A DNA stretch of 64,000 nucleotides, from NCBI GenBank assembly GCA_010093605.1, contig MU004188.1, forward strand, positions 1,553,673-1,617,672, written 5' to 3'. Under the pieces are notes generated by a model. It was not told where the DNA came from. It made no database searches and saw nothing but the letters and a program-made list of their open reading frames with translations. Positions 37,801 to 50,253 of the stretch are shown piece after piece (the first letter of the stretch is position 1; every line of letters starts with the position of its first letter). The DNA is from Lophium mytilinum. Taxonomy: Eukaryota. The position numbers and the translations under genes were made by a program.

Positions 37801-39532
37801 TTCTGCAAACAGGCGTTCCACCACAAGGGAGAAGGTCAAGCCGGCAAGAGGTAAGGACGCTTCCCGAGGGATGCTAATAAAGAAGATTGGGTGACAAGCT
37901 AACACGTCGAAAACAGCCATTCCAGATCCATACGCTATCAGCGATGGTGATCTCATGCTCGTAGACGAAGACCCGCCATCGCCCTCTCCGGCAGCGAAAC
38001 GAGAATCTCGCCCAACTGCTTCGAGACGCAAGTCGAAGCGCCACTCGGTTGCAGTTTCACCGGACGGACCCATCACTGCGCCACCCAGTGCCGACGATCC
38101 CCTTGTCGATATGTCTGCTGAGGGTGCCGCCCCAGCTCGTTCGTCCCGTCACGACATGGACATGGGCTACAATGAAGCGCCGCGTCGCGAGCGCGAGTCA
38201 GTGAAGCGGTCTACTTCGACTGCAAAGAAGTCAGACGGCCTCATGGGCATGTTCGGACTTGCACCAGCGCGCAAGAGGGAGCGCCCTGAGGTTGATGATC
38301 GTCGCGAGCGACGCAGAACTGCCTACGAAACCGAGGATGAACGGATGCGACGGAAACGATCGTCTACTCGCGGCGCAATCACTGATGACGAGGCCAAAAG
38401 ACTGCGTAGAGAGGGCCGTCGCGTTCACCGATCACGCCAGCCTTCCGACGCCGAAGGTGGTGGCATGACGGACGCTGCTCGAGGAATGGGCGGCGCAAGC
38501 GCAAGCACCGATGCAGAGATGGCTGACAGAGAGCAGAAAAAGGCTGAACGTCGGGCAGCCAGGCGAGCGCAGAAAGAGGCGGAAGCTGCTGAACTAGCTG
38601 AAATGGAAGAGAAAGCTGAGAGGAGGCGCGAAAGAGAGAGGGCCCGCGAGCGGGCGATTATGGACGAGAAGAAGGCGAAGCAGAAGGAAGAAAGGGAGCG
38701 CAAGAGCAGGGAGGCAGCTGAGCTTGAAGAACGTCGTCAGGAAGACAAACGCGCGAGACGTGCAGCCAGAGAGGAAAGGAGAAATACTGACGAACGAAAC
38801 GTGCGTGAACCGGAAGCACGAGAGCCAGAACGCCGGCGACGAAGTGCAAAGGAAGCGGAGTCCTCACGCAACGGCAAATCGGAACGTCGTCGATCTCACG
38901 TAGAAGAGGACCCTGCCGTTCGCAGAGCGCGGCATGAAGACCGTCGCGCCAGGCGCACTTCAGAGATACCCCCAGCATCACGAGCGGAGCCTGTGGACTA
39001 CTTTGATCCCCGTAACGCTACAAATCACCGACGCCGCAGCTCCTACATGGATCCTAAGGTCACTAGTGGCGAGCCTTCAAGCGGGAATCGCCCGTACTTA
39101 GCGAAAGGTGGCGACAAGACGTCTTCTTGGGTCGACTCACTGAACAACGATCCTCCGCTTCCCGTTCCCATGGCAGAGACAGTCCTCGACCAAGTTCCAG
39201 GTGACCAAGAAGGGGAGATTGTCGACGAAGAAACCCCATCTGCAGACGAGGATGTGAGGCTTCGCATTGCCGGACGACGAGGAAAGAACCGCGATTACAG
39301 AGAAAAGGACCCTCGGACTGAGCGGAAGCGAGACAGCCACCGTCGACGGGCCGCCGATCCTCAAGCTAGCAATGGCGAAGAAACAGATGCCAAGAGCAAG
39401 CGTAGAAGTCATGCATATCCCCCGGTTTCATACAACGATCCACCCGCGCGCACATGGGACGGCCGTCCTGCAGCTGCACCAACTGGCGGCAAGAGAGGAA
39501 GTTGGTTCAAGAAAATTGCTGGTTTGGGATAG
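31825..39532 (+). CDS. Very large (~2,499 aa) low-complexity protein with repeated acidic-Trp / poly-Lys modules
   Basis: Exons 31825-32133, 32276-37850 and 37917-39532 total 7,500 nt in phase, with canonical splice signals. Exon 1 is less certain than exons 2 and 3. Confidence 0.85.
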
Positions 39533-40905
39533 AATCGTCGACCGGGTTCATCATTTTATGAAATTCTCCTTCTTCAGCAACATCTAGAATTTGAGCGTAC
39601 ATTGGTCAATGGAGTAGCAACAACACCATTCGGCCTGTTCCTTCTTCGGTCAGTCCTGTACTACCATCCCATCGCTCTTCCATTTGCCCTCGGGCAGGCC
39701 TGGGGCAACGCTGTGTTTCTATTATGAGCTTTGCATCGACGTTCCCGGAACTGCATTGGGCTGGGTTACAGGTCTCATCACCGCTTTCCCTATGTATGTT
39801 TCGATTTATGTGATCAAGTACGAGTACGACTTCAGTTTTTTTTCGGGTTTGTACGAGCGAGCGCTTGGAGCTATCACGATTATTATGGTTGGAGATTGGA
39901 TCGGCTTGGTGTTTTATGAAATATTTTGGATTGAGAAGAGCGGGAGCGAGCGAGCACAACTTCTTTTTTTTCCGAAAGGTTGAAATCTGCCTTTTTCGTT
40001 TCTTCCGTGGGTTATTTTTGTGCTTGTTTTGGAGATATAGATACCCCCCAGCACTATGCACGAATACCCTATTCTTTCTCTTGTTTGTGGGCTTGGATTT
40101 TTTGTGATTGGGTTGGTTGTAGGTAGTACGTTGGAGTTGAGGGATACTCCTGAGAAGCTGAGATTGAATGGTACCATATGCTCTTATTACATTACGTGTT
40201 GATGTGAACGATAGGAAAGTGCTCTCTAGACATGTTGTTAAGTGCGAGACTACAAACGTCCCTTGAGCTTCCTCTAGAAGCTCTTCGCGTTCAAGTTCGT
40301 GGAAAAAATATGAAGCACCTAAAGCAGCGGCAGACACGTGTACACACGAGGCAGAGTCTACATGATTGTGCCACTCTTTTCACGCCCAACGTGCCGCATA
40401 GCAAGCCTCCACCAAACGTTTCGAGACTTACTGCTGCACGTGAGATTCACAATCGAACACCATGAGGATCTAGCGCCTTGCCATCCTATGCATTCCTTCA
40501 TGCTTGCGTTAACCAATTCATATAAAACGAGTGAGTGTATTATATGTACTAGAGATCCCTCGAAATATTCTTCGCAATGTTTCGATTCGGTGATGTTTGC
40601 CCCAGGGTTCGGGCTAAAAATAGTTGCCCCTTAAACAAAAGCCTTGGCAGGCGTTGGCGGAAGGCGTCGGCGTGACGCTCGAAACAGCAAGGCCAGTTCT
40701 CTCCTTCACCAACCTCACCTTCGCTTTCCCTTCTCCACGTCCTACCCGTCACTCTTTCTACGCGTCACTGCGTGTCCTTCTTTACCTTTTCTTCCCTGGT
40801 TCCTTAACACACTCTTTACAAAACCCTTGTAACACATAACCTGCGATACTTACGCCAAACATCGGCACCCCTACCAATTCTGATTGCAACACCTCTTTCG
40901 ACAAC

Positions 40906-42014
40906 ATGCGTTTCTCCATTCTTGCCTCGACCGCCCTGGTCGCTGCGCCGGCTCTAGTATCCGCTGCCGGCACTCTAGGCTTCGCATTGGGCACGAAGAA
41001 GGCCGATGGTACCTGCAAGAGCCAGTCCGACTACGAGTCCGACTTCGATGCCATTTCTGCCGCTTCCGGTTCCAAGCTTGTGCGCGGGTACTCCGCGTCC
41101 GACTGCAAGTCCGCGGCGTCCATCATGCCGGCGGCCAAGTCGAAGGGTTTCCAAGTCGTATTGGGCATCTGGTACGCATATCCAGCTGCAGCTATTGTTT
41201 TTAAGCTTCGCGAACTAACGAGAGGTTCGTGATATAGGCCCGATGTACAGTCATCCTTCGATGCGGACTTGAGCGCTATCACAGGCGTTGCTGGAAAATA
41301 CGCGGATAGCATCTATGGTGTGACATGCGGATCCGAGACCCTTTACCGTGGCAACTTCACTGGCGAGGAGCTTGCGGACAAGATCAAGACGGTTAAGACG
41401 GCGCTCAAGGGCGTGACGTCGACCCCTATCAAGGTTGGCACTGCGGACAGCTGGAACAAGTTTGCCGATGGAACTGGCGATGCCGTTGTTGGCGCCGCGG
41501 ACATGATGTGAGTAGTCACAGCGCTCACAAATCCTCCCACAATACAATACTAATTGCAGCAGCTTCGTCAATGCCTTTGCTTTCTGGCAGGCCCAGGGCT
41601 TGGACAACGCCACCAACACCTACTTCGACGATATCATGCAGGCGTTCGGCCACATTCAGACCGTTGCTGGCGGCCCTGATAAGGCCCCTGAACTCTGGAA
41701 CGGCGAGACTGGCTGGCCCACCGATGGTACGGACAACCCCATCCCCAACAACTGCTTCTGATACAATTATGCTAACAACTCAAACAGGCGGCTCCGACTA
41801 CGGTGCAGCTAAAGCCGGCACCACGAACGCCAAGACCTACTACCAGTCGGCCATCTGCGGTATGCTCGCGTGGGGCGTCAACCTCTTCTACTTCGAGGCC
41901 TTTGACGAGCCATGGAAGCCCGATAGCATTGGCGACAACGGCAAGCCGGCCGACGAGACGCACTGGGGCGCTATGGACGCCAACCGCGGCACCAAGTTCA
42001 GCCTCAAGTGCTAG
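40906..42014 (+). CDS. BGL2: Secreted GH17 beta-1,3-glucanase/glucanosyltransferase (Bgl2/Bgt1 type)
   Basis: Signal peptide, LGFALG..DGTCKSQSDY, VRGYSASDC, GSETLYRG, VGTADSWN, GETGWPT, FYFEAFDEPWK. Introns 41172-41237, 41508-41562, 41727-41787. Confidence 0.93.
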
Positions 42015-42623
42015 ATCTGTTGTTTCCCTTTTGAACCGTGCGGACATATTCATCGTTAGGAGGCGAGCTCCGGAGAGGTGCTGAAGGGCGTAGACTAAGT
42101 GTATAAAATATCGGACCGACAATTGTAAACCTGCTTAGTTGTTGGTTGTTGGGATACGAGGAGAGAGCGATGCGGCCCTGCCTCTTTGAGTGTCTTGAGA
42201 CTGGCTGAATCTGTAGAAATGGAAACGTGCTTGCTTGGCAATTTTTGGTTTGAGTGGGTTTTGGGCTGTGTGTTGATATGATGTGTCGTTTGTGTGATTG
42301 TGAGGTCGGCTTACCCCATCAGCGCCGAATAGAGGAGGTAGGATGGCTTAGATTTACTAGGTGCGCACTTCCCTTTGCTTTAGAGGGAGAAATGCTAATG
42401 GGGATTATTGGATAGCTCCGTTGTTGAGGCTCTTGAAGGAGGGGGGCATGATGGGTTTAGGTGAGTATTGCGCGCTGCCTCACGCAAAGAATCCAAAGAA
42501 AACAAGGATATATGTTTATAGTCCGGAGGGAAGCGCTTCTGGTATTAGAGACGGTTCGGTCCGTTCCATTATGCACAGAATTCAGCATGATAGTTCGATG
42601 GCTTATACGTACAACTCCCACCG

Positions 42624-42749
42624 TTACTCCCATTACTCCCATTACTCCCATTACTCCCATTACTCCCATTACTCCCATTACTCCCATTACTCCCATTACT
42701 CCTATTACTCCTATTACTCCTATTACTCCTATTACTCCTATTACTCCCA
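42624..42749. repeat. 9-nt tandem minisatellite, 14 units
   Basis: (TTACTCCCA)8 (TTACTCCTA)5 (TTACTCCCA)1, read directly. Confidence 0.97.
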
Positions 42750-43139
42750 CTTTCCCCTTATATCCTACACAGTATGGAAAAGAGACTTGAAGTTATGAGA
42801 AAAGCAAGCGGGTAGTACACCTAGTACTACGCGGCGACGTAGTTGTATAAGTCAGTGCGATGTTGGGGTTTTGTCCATATGGAAGTCTTAGTATTGAGGC
42901 TCAAGCAGTACGTAGGTAGCTCTGTCGCTTAGCTAGGCTGACCATGTTAGATGGTAGCTGACCAATATCGCCCTCCCAGCTATCACCACCAGATATTTTT
43001 CCCGCATGTCTCCCAGAGCACAGCATCAATTATCCAGTTCAAATCACCTTAACCTCCTCTATTATTGCTTCTTATCGACCTTCCCTACAGCACATCTGGA
43101 GGTTCGAGAGATCCAACCGCGGAATTAACAGAACTAGCA

Positions 43140-45595
43140 ATGCGACAGAGCCGGCGGGAAGCAACGTCAACTTGGTCGACTTTGTTTTTCAAATCCTCAT
43201 CATGTCCAGTGGTGTGTTGCCGTTCTAATGAAAATGCACCATACTTGTGTTAACAGAGGCAGGGATACAGGCAAATTCAGATTGCCCTGATTGCAGCCGA
43301 TTACTGGAGATATTCGATGCTCCAATCTCTCAAAAGGCCGTCGTGCTTCTCCTCGGAAGGGGCACAGAGGAAGAAGCGGAGAGCGGCGGAAAGCAAGCGA
43401 TCGAGTTTGCATCTTGCTGTGAGCGACTTCGCAGCCTCATCAGCGGGACGTTCTTCCATTTCGACGAAATGCTAGTGCACCGTGTCCCTGACGTCGTTGC
43501 GGTTAAGCAGAAGAGTAGACACACATTTATACTTGCGAGTTGGAGTTGGTACTCCGCGTCGCTGGAGCTGTCAGCAGAGACGCCGATTGCTAGTCACGGT
43601 ACAGCGATAACCCTGAACCCAGATTGGATCGAAGGAGGTATACTCCAAAAGTGGAAAAGAAGGTGTGATAGTGCACTCTGGGCGGATGTCACCCTGGTGA
43701 GCAAAGCAGATTCTTCGGCACGGGTCCAACCTGGTCAGCTACTTTCTAGACTCCTCTCTTTCAAAACATACTGAACGCTAGGAAGGCTCATCGACACAGA
43801 AACATGGTGCCTAGTTGCTGGCTCGTCTCAAGACATATACGTTGCTTTGAGTTACGTTTGGGGTCAAAGACCGTTTTTCAAAACACTGAAAAACAACCTT
43901 GAGCAGCTAAGAGCTCCTATGGCGCTACACTCTGACCGAGGTGCCTTGCTTCCCGAAACGATATGGGATGCGATATCTGTTGTTCAGACGATGGGTGAAA
44001 GATATTTATGGGTAAAGTGTAGCCCAAAATCCGGAGAAGCATTCAAACTGACCACTGCCCCAAAGGTAGACGCACTTTGCATTATCCAAGATGACGAAGT
44101 CCAGACCAAAAGAGAAATAAACAACATGGCATCTATCTTTGCAAACGCGACTGTAACTATCGTCGCTGCAGGAGGGGCCAACGCGTATTCGGGCTTACTC
44201 GGGTTACGAGGAATCTCTCCGAGAAGGAATCTCCACCAGAAGATCTTCCAGCTTCATACCGGGCACAAGATCGTACAAAGAAGATACCAGAGAGGGGGCC
44301 GGCGTCCCAAACCTCTTTGGTACGAGCGCGGCTGGACATTGCAAGAACACATTTTCTCCCGCAGGCGCATTATATTCGAGAACGAAGGCGTGCGGTGGGA
44401 ATGTGATCGATCGCTTTGGCACGAAGACATCAACACTACTGAAACAGCCGATCTCGGACACCGAGAGCTCAATCAACTGCTAAACTCGCTACCGCGGCCG
44501 GAGCAATCCGATGTCGAAAGTTACAGAGAAATGATTTCTTCCCCGATACCGCAACTTCACCACTTGAACGCTTTGATCACTCGGTACAGTAACATGAAGC
44601 TGACTTATCCTGAAGATATCTTGCGAGCGTTTCAAGGCATTACTTCTGTCCTGAGTCAGAGCTTTGCGGGGGGCTTTGCAGCTGGTCTTCCCATCGTATT
44701 TTTCGATGCGGCCATTCTATGGTATACATCTCCATCCACTTTGGGGAGTCGCAGAAGCTCCCACCCCAATAGTCTCTCTGGAAGCCTAATTCCTAGCTGG
44801 AGCTGGGCTGGTTGACATGCCGAGATCGATCCCATGAGCTGGATCAAAGCATGTGACTACGTTAGAGACGGCCAGTCTAGAGCGCGACCACTACACTTCA
44901 ACGATCGAGTTGTCCCTACTGTAAATTGGTTTGGCCCCAAGCGAAAGGATGGGCTGGGCGTCCCAATCACATAAAAATGGCACGAGCTCAAGCAAACCTA
45001 CCTGCACGGCGATGATGTTTCGCCGCCACCAGGATGGAGCCGTCGCGAGGCATCTCATCGTCAGATATACTACAAACACGACATAGTCCCTCACTTGCGC
45101 TTCCGATACCCATTTCCTTTGGCAGAGATCAATGAATCGTATTACGATCATTCTGAAACCCGCTTTCTGTCTTGTCGGACGCGCAGAACATATCTATACG
45201 CTGATGAAGGATTCGTCTCGTTGGGAAAAGGGGATATTTCTAGACTCCCAGGGTACCCACACTCAGCGAGCAACGGAAGCATTGTGTCGGTTCGACATCA
45301 AGATGGCACGTGGGCCGGTGTTCTGAAGAACCAAATTACGCCACCTGAGTCTAGACGGGTGGAGCTTGTTGAGTTATCTAGGGGTTCGGTCTCCAAGGAT
45401 ATATCTACTCGGGAGATGGAAGAGCTCGATCACCCCGAGCGGCCCAGGAGTAAGAACAGCACCACCTACCACTTCTATAATGTAATGTGCGTTGAGTGGG
45501 CAGATGGTGGCGCGTATCGAAGAGGCATTGGTCGGATTGCGAAACATATCTGGGAGGCCCAGGATTTGGAATGGATTGATCTAATGTTGGAATAA
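43140..45595 (+). pseudogene. HET (heterokaryon incompatibility) domain gene with two in-frame stops; 5' end uncertain
   Basis: RLID..YVALSYVWG, LPETIWDAI...RYLW/VDALCIIQDD, MASIFANATVTIVAA, RGWTLQE, PSWSWAG then TGA at 44813, TAA at 44972, and the same frame continues to AYRRGIGRI...WE. Introns 43734-43781 and ~44012-44065. Confidence 0.85.
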
Positions 45596-45817
45596 TTCAA
45601 GATATGAGAACGCGTCGCTCTACAGCAACATCCACTTCGGAGATCATCGTACTCCCTAAGGGTGACACTTTGCTGACCTCGCGGAATCCACCATATACCC
45701 CATCGGGCGAACAGGATCCCGCACGGACAGAGAGATAGTCAAACTCCAGGCTGAAACCATGTGATATCAATCGCTCCCTCGTTTCCACTTATATCACTAC
45801 TCGCAACAGTCACTGAG

Positions 45818-46704
45818 ATGTCTCGATTGGCGGCGTTAACGACGGAGCTACAGCTATTCATCGTCGAAGCCCTCGACGCCAATCCCTCATCAACCTCAGC
45901 AGCACTTGCAGCGAGTACCGCACACTCCTCCTTCCAACTATTTTCCGCACCGTTATCCTCCGAACCACCATAGAGAGCGCCGAGTCAGCCGTCGCACTAG
46001 CGAAGTCCCAATACAGCCGTCACATAAGAGAGCTGGATTTCGTAGCAGTTCTAGACGGAAGCGGGGGCGGGGAATTGAAAAGCTGGGATCTTGCAGACGA
46101 GTTCTCCGAAGGCTTACAGGATGCCGTCGACAACGTCCTTTTCCGCCTCAACCGTTTCCCCAAACTGGAGACCTTGAGCATCCGCTTCGACATCGACGAC
46201 ATGGAGCTAATCCACGTCATGTACCTCGACCTCCTATTGTCGTCGGAGAGACCTACGCAGACACAGTCGACGCGGAAGATGACGGCAGGTAGGGGTTAGA
46301 GGAGGGAGTTGGGTAATACGTGAACGTGGAAATTTCTCTTCGAGCATGCGCTTTCCGACGTCGAACGACTACGTTCGCTCGTTATTAGCCCTTGGCGGTC
46401 GCCGTTTTCGCAACTGGGAATCGAAGGCGTCGATGAGAAATTTTTAGAGGCGGGACGAAAGGTAGGGCTGCTGAATGAAAAGATGCGCGAAGCTTAGAGG
46501 ATCTTGGAAAATGAAGCTAATAGACCTGTGTTTGCTTACGGATCGATCAACCCGCGTCAAGGCTGAATGCGCCAGGATGATGAAGAGGAGGACTTGGAAC
46601 GGTCCATAGCGGAGGCGGATCAGAAGGCGTATGACGAGCTTTAAGAGAGCATTGAAAGGAATGAGAGGTCTCTTGCCAAAATCAAAGTGTTGCGTGAGGT
46701 TTGA
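45818..46704 (+). pseudogene. Degenerate F-box-like gene
   Basis: MSRLAALTTELQLFIVEALD, a frameshift near 45880, then SLINLSSTCSEYRTLLLPTIFRTVIL...HIRELDF...FPKLETLSIRF. A C-terminal remnant has stops at 46564 and 46642. Confidence 0.6.
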
Positions 46705-47833
46705 AAGACTCGAAACGCCGTCGCAGGATGGCTGCTAGGTACAGTACTAGGACACAAGTTTGGACACGACGTCTTCTTGGTCTTTCCTAGAATTATGATA
46801 ATATGCCGAGCTTCAAGCTCACGAAGCCTACGATTTAAGCTCTCGAGGCCTTTGTAAATTGTCGGAAGCTCAATATAGTTTGATTGAAGCCTCTCAAACC
46901 CCCGTTTCACGCAGTTAATAGGTAGAAAGATCACATCAGACATAATCCAATAGCTCTTCAGTGGTAGAAATACCGCGCTTCCCCCCTTGCGGGCGTGTAC
47001 ATTTAATTCTACAATTCCTTCCTCATCCGCCCTATTCAACCACCCACGCCCCAATTCCAAAGCGGGATAAAGCAGCGTTCAAAAAATTGATAACAAGAGA
47101 GACATTAACGAGACCGGAACATTAGAGAGCGTCTGTGCATATGCAACGGGAAAAAGACCAAGCCATCCACCTGCCTGTCCGTCCTTCTGGGTCGTCCTTG
47201 TGTAGTTACTGTTTGCGCGTAGCCGTAATAAAAAAAACTTAGAACACGGACTGAACGCTCTTCACTCTTTCCTGCGCCGTTTGTATTCCTTCCCCCCTTT
47301 GAACTCAATTCGTTGCCTGTACCCTCCCTCATCAGGGGCTCCGAGACTGATATGTGTATGATAACAAAGAGAGCGCTTTCCCACCACCGACAGTAGTATG
47401 TTTGCCGGAAAGAAAAAATTAAGAATTAAGATGCTCAGATGAGAGCCGCGCGGGGTTGAGAATCGAATCGCTAATAATGTGAGGAACGCCAACGCTGGAA
47501 ACGATCGAATAGCAATAGAACGACAAGCGAGTCCCTTTTTGCCTTCCGAGAAGGATATGAGTATATGCCGCAACTTGGACAATGGAAAGTGCGAAGTAGG
47601 AAAAACATATGGGCCCTCCTCATTAGGGACCGGGTATATCAAATCAAAATCAAAACGTAAATGTGGTTGGTGAGCGCCTCGCGGCGGTAGATGTCGGGAG
47701 ATGTTCATCCAAGTGTAAATCGACCTAAGCTCTATGCTATGGTGGAGTCAACTGGTAGAATCGTGATGCTTAGATCCGGGCACGTCGGCTCGAACACCAA
47801 GGTTGAGGCTTGGAGACATCATGAGGCTAATTG

Positions 47834-50253
47834 TCACCTGAAGTCGCGTGGGCCTTGGTTGGCGAAGATGTAGTTCTTCGGTTGTGTGTCGAGGTGCTGC
47901 CGGCGTGGTAAATTGGCCTCGCCAACAGGCTGAGGTGGCGAATACTCGTGCACATAGAACTCGGGCATGTTGGAATTCGATTGGCCTTGGTGATTCCCCT
48001 GCGATGTAGTCGGCATGTAATCTTTGTTGTAAAAGTTGTAATTAATTTGGAGATCGCCAGCGACATTGCCAGGCTGGACTGGGTACTGCATGTGTAGGTT
48101 ATCCATGTAAGCATGGTTTGTGTCCGGTAACGAAGGCCGTCTGAAGTGCGACGGTTTGGGATGCATGAGGGTTAGATCATTCGTTGCGTGGTATTCACTA
48201 GGCATTTGTGGTGGAGCCATGACCGTCCGAGAGAAGCATTGTTGCGTGGCGGGGGCTGACTGTGGTGGCGTATCTCTGTACAGTGGATTATTACTGAATC
48301 GGCTCTGGTTCAGCTGTCCCAGATCTAACGGAGTGCTAGGGGGTGAACCACCATTCGAATAAATACCAGCAGACTGTGGCTCCGTAGACCAATTGACATT
48401 GAGACTTTCTGGTGTGCTGTGTTCCGGCATGGGTTGCTGGCTTCGAATAACAGTGTTGCTTTGCCAGTACGGGAATCTTGCCATCTCGTTTGGTGTCAGT
48501 GGCGTAGGAGGCGCCAGACTACCAGAGGGTCCGATTGTACTTGCAAAACCAGAGGCTGTTCGGGCAAACTTAGGTGACGCAGCAGCGTCGGCAAAGGTGA
48601 AGTTGAGCGGCGAACGTTGAGCCGATCCGGGCGCAGACTTCTGAATACGACCCGCATTGGTTACACCTGTGGACCGGATGCGGCGGAGGGTGTGGTCAGC
48701 ACTTGTCTGGCTAGCCCCAGGAGACGCTGGCATACCACTGGAGTACGAAGCACTCCTGAGCGTGGTTGGATTGAGCGCTGCAGGGCGCCGTTGTCTTCGC
48801 GACGCAATGGTTGATGGCTGGTTCGGCTGCTTGAAGCCCTCTGTAGACGGCTGTCTGCTTTGGATGCCAACCGAGTTCAGAGACTCGGTTAGGGCAGTCG
48901 TGGATGAGTTCCGGCGAGTGTACATCTCCTCGCTAAAGGCATTCGGTGGCTCCAAGTCTGCGTTGTTGGGATTGATCTTGTGTTCGTTCTGCTCTGGAGA
49001 GGACATGATGGCCTGTGCAGACGCATTGGCGTGTTGGTAGAAGTCATGCTGCTGGAATGGCTGACTGGTCCATAGTGGGAGCATCTGCTCAGACGCCGAG
49101 GCCTGGGGAAGGCTGCCGTACGTGTGATCGAAAGGATCGTCACGCTGGTTTGCGGGCGTGATGTCCGCCGAAGAATGGTGTTCGTCAGTCCAGTTAGAAT
49201 ACAGCGAGGCCACGGAAGTCACAGACGACATGGCATTGGGGCCAGACGACTGCGCGGTGGTTGACGATTGCGCACCGGAGTACGGAGAGGGCTCAGAAGA
49301 CAGCGAGCCGGAGCTTTCGACTTTCGGCGCAGATGTGGTGGTGGTCAGATTCGCGTATTCGAAGTTGCTGTAATCCAGGCCGTTGGGGTATATATCATGG
49401 GCTGCTCCCATATCGTGCGGAATATTAGATGTAAGAGGGAAGTGAGCGTCATTTTGGAACGAGTGGGGCAGTCCGGTGCTGTCGTAGGAATAAGCGGCTT
49501 CCTGCGATGGCATTTGCGGTGCGCTGTGCATGTACGACCCCGCGGCTGCCGCCATGAGGGACTGCATGACAGCGTTCGTGTTGTCCACATACGAGGCTCC
49601 CCGATCCGTCTCAGGAATGGAGCGGAGCATATGCATGTCGTAGCCGGGGTGGAGAGATATCTGCGCGCCGAGCGGCTCCAATGCCGCCGATCCCTCGATG
49701 CTGTCGACAGGGAGGCATGTAGGGCTGATGTCAGCCGCGTAGCAGTCCTGCTGGGGGATTGCTTGTGGATACTGCTGCTGCTGCTGCTGCTCGGTGTGCT
49801 GCGGAAACTGCGCCGTGGTAATGGGCACGGGGTTGGCGCTGTACATGTTCATGTTGAACTGGCTCATCTGCTTCTTCAGGTCCTGCTTCACCTTTGCTCT
49901 GCGGTTCTGGAACCAGTTCTGCGCGTGTTAGTACGCACGTCAACGGCAGCCTGGCGCGAGGTACCTACGTTGATCTTGTCCACGGGCACACCGAGGGTCT
50001 CGGCAAAGCCCTTCTTGGTGCTGGTGCTCGGCTTGTGCTGCTGTTGGAAGTGCGCTTCGAGGATATCGTGCTGCTCCTTGGTGAGACGCGGCTTGACGTC
50101 GCCGCACGCGGGCGCAACGAGCTGCGGGTGCTGCTTCTGGCCGAACTCCTGCTTCATCGCGCCGTTGGGCAGGCGGACGGGGCCCATGTTGTGAGCACTC
50201 GGGCCCTCGCCGTCGGTCGTGTAGGCGCGCATCGAGGACCCGAATTGGTCCAT
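47834..50253 (-). CDS. HTF1: Homeobox transcription factor, HTF1/Hbx1-type (conidiation regulator family)
   Basis: KPRLTKEQHDILEAHFQQQHKPSTSTKKGFAETLGVPVDKIN/NWFQNRRAKVKQ across intron 49919-49968. The tail has RRQRRPAAL, LRRIRS, PPTPLTP, TPPQSAPATQ and YIFANQGPRDF. Orthology is inferred. Confidence 0.88.

Noticed and set aside
39606..40337. 243-aa minus-strand ORF and hydrophobic plus-strand ORFs
   Set aside because: They arise from the T-rich 3' region of the giant gene and show no domain signal.
42624..42749. CRISPR array or telomere
   Set aside because: No spacers, eukaryotic context, the unit is not TTAGGG, and the position is internal.
42361..42798. ORFs with (YSH)n, (TPI)n and (GVM)n repeats
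   Set aside because: Translations of the stop-free 9-nt minisatellite.
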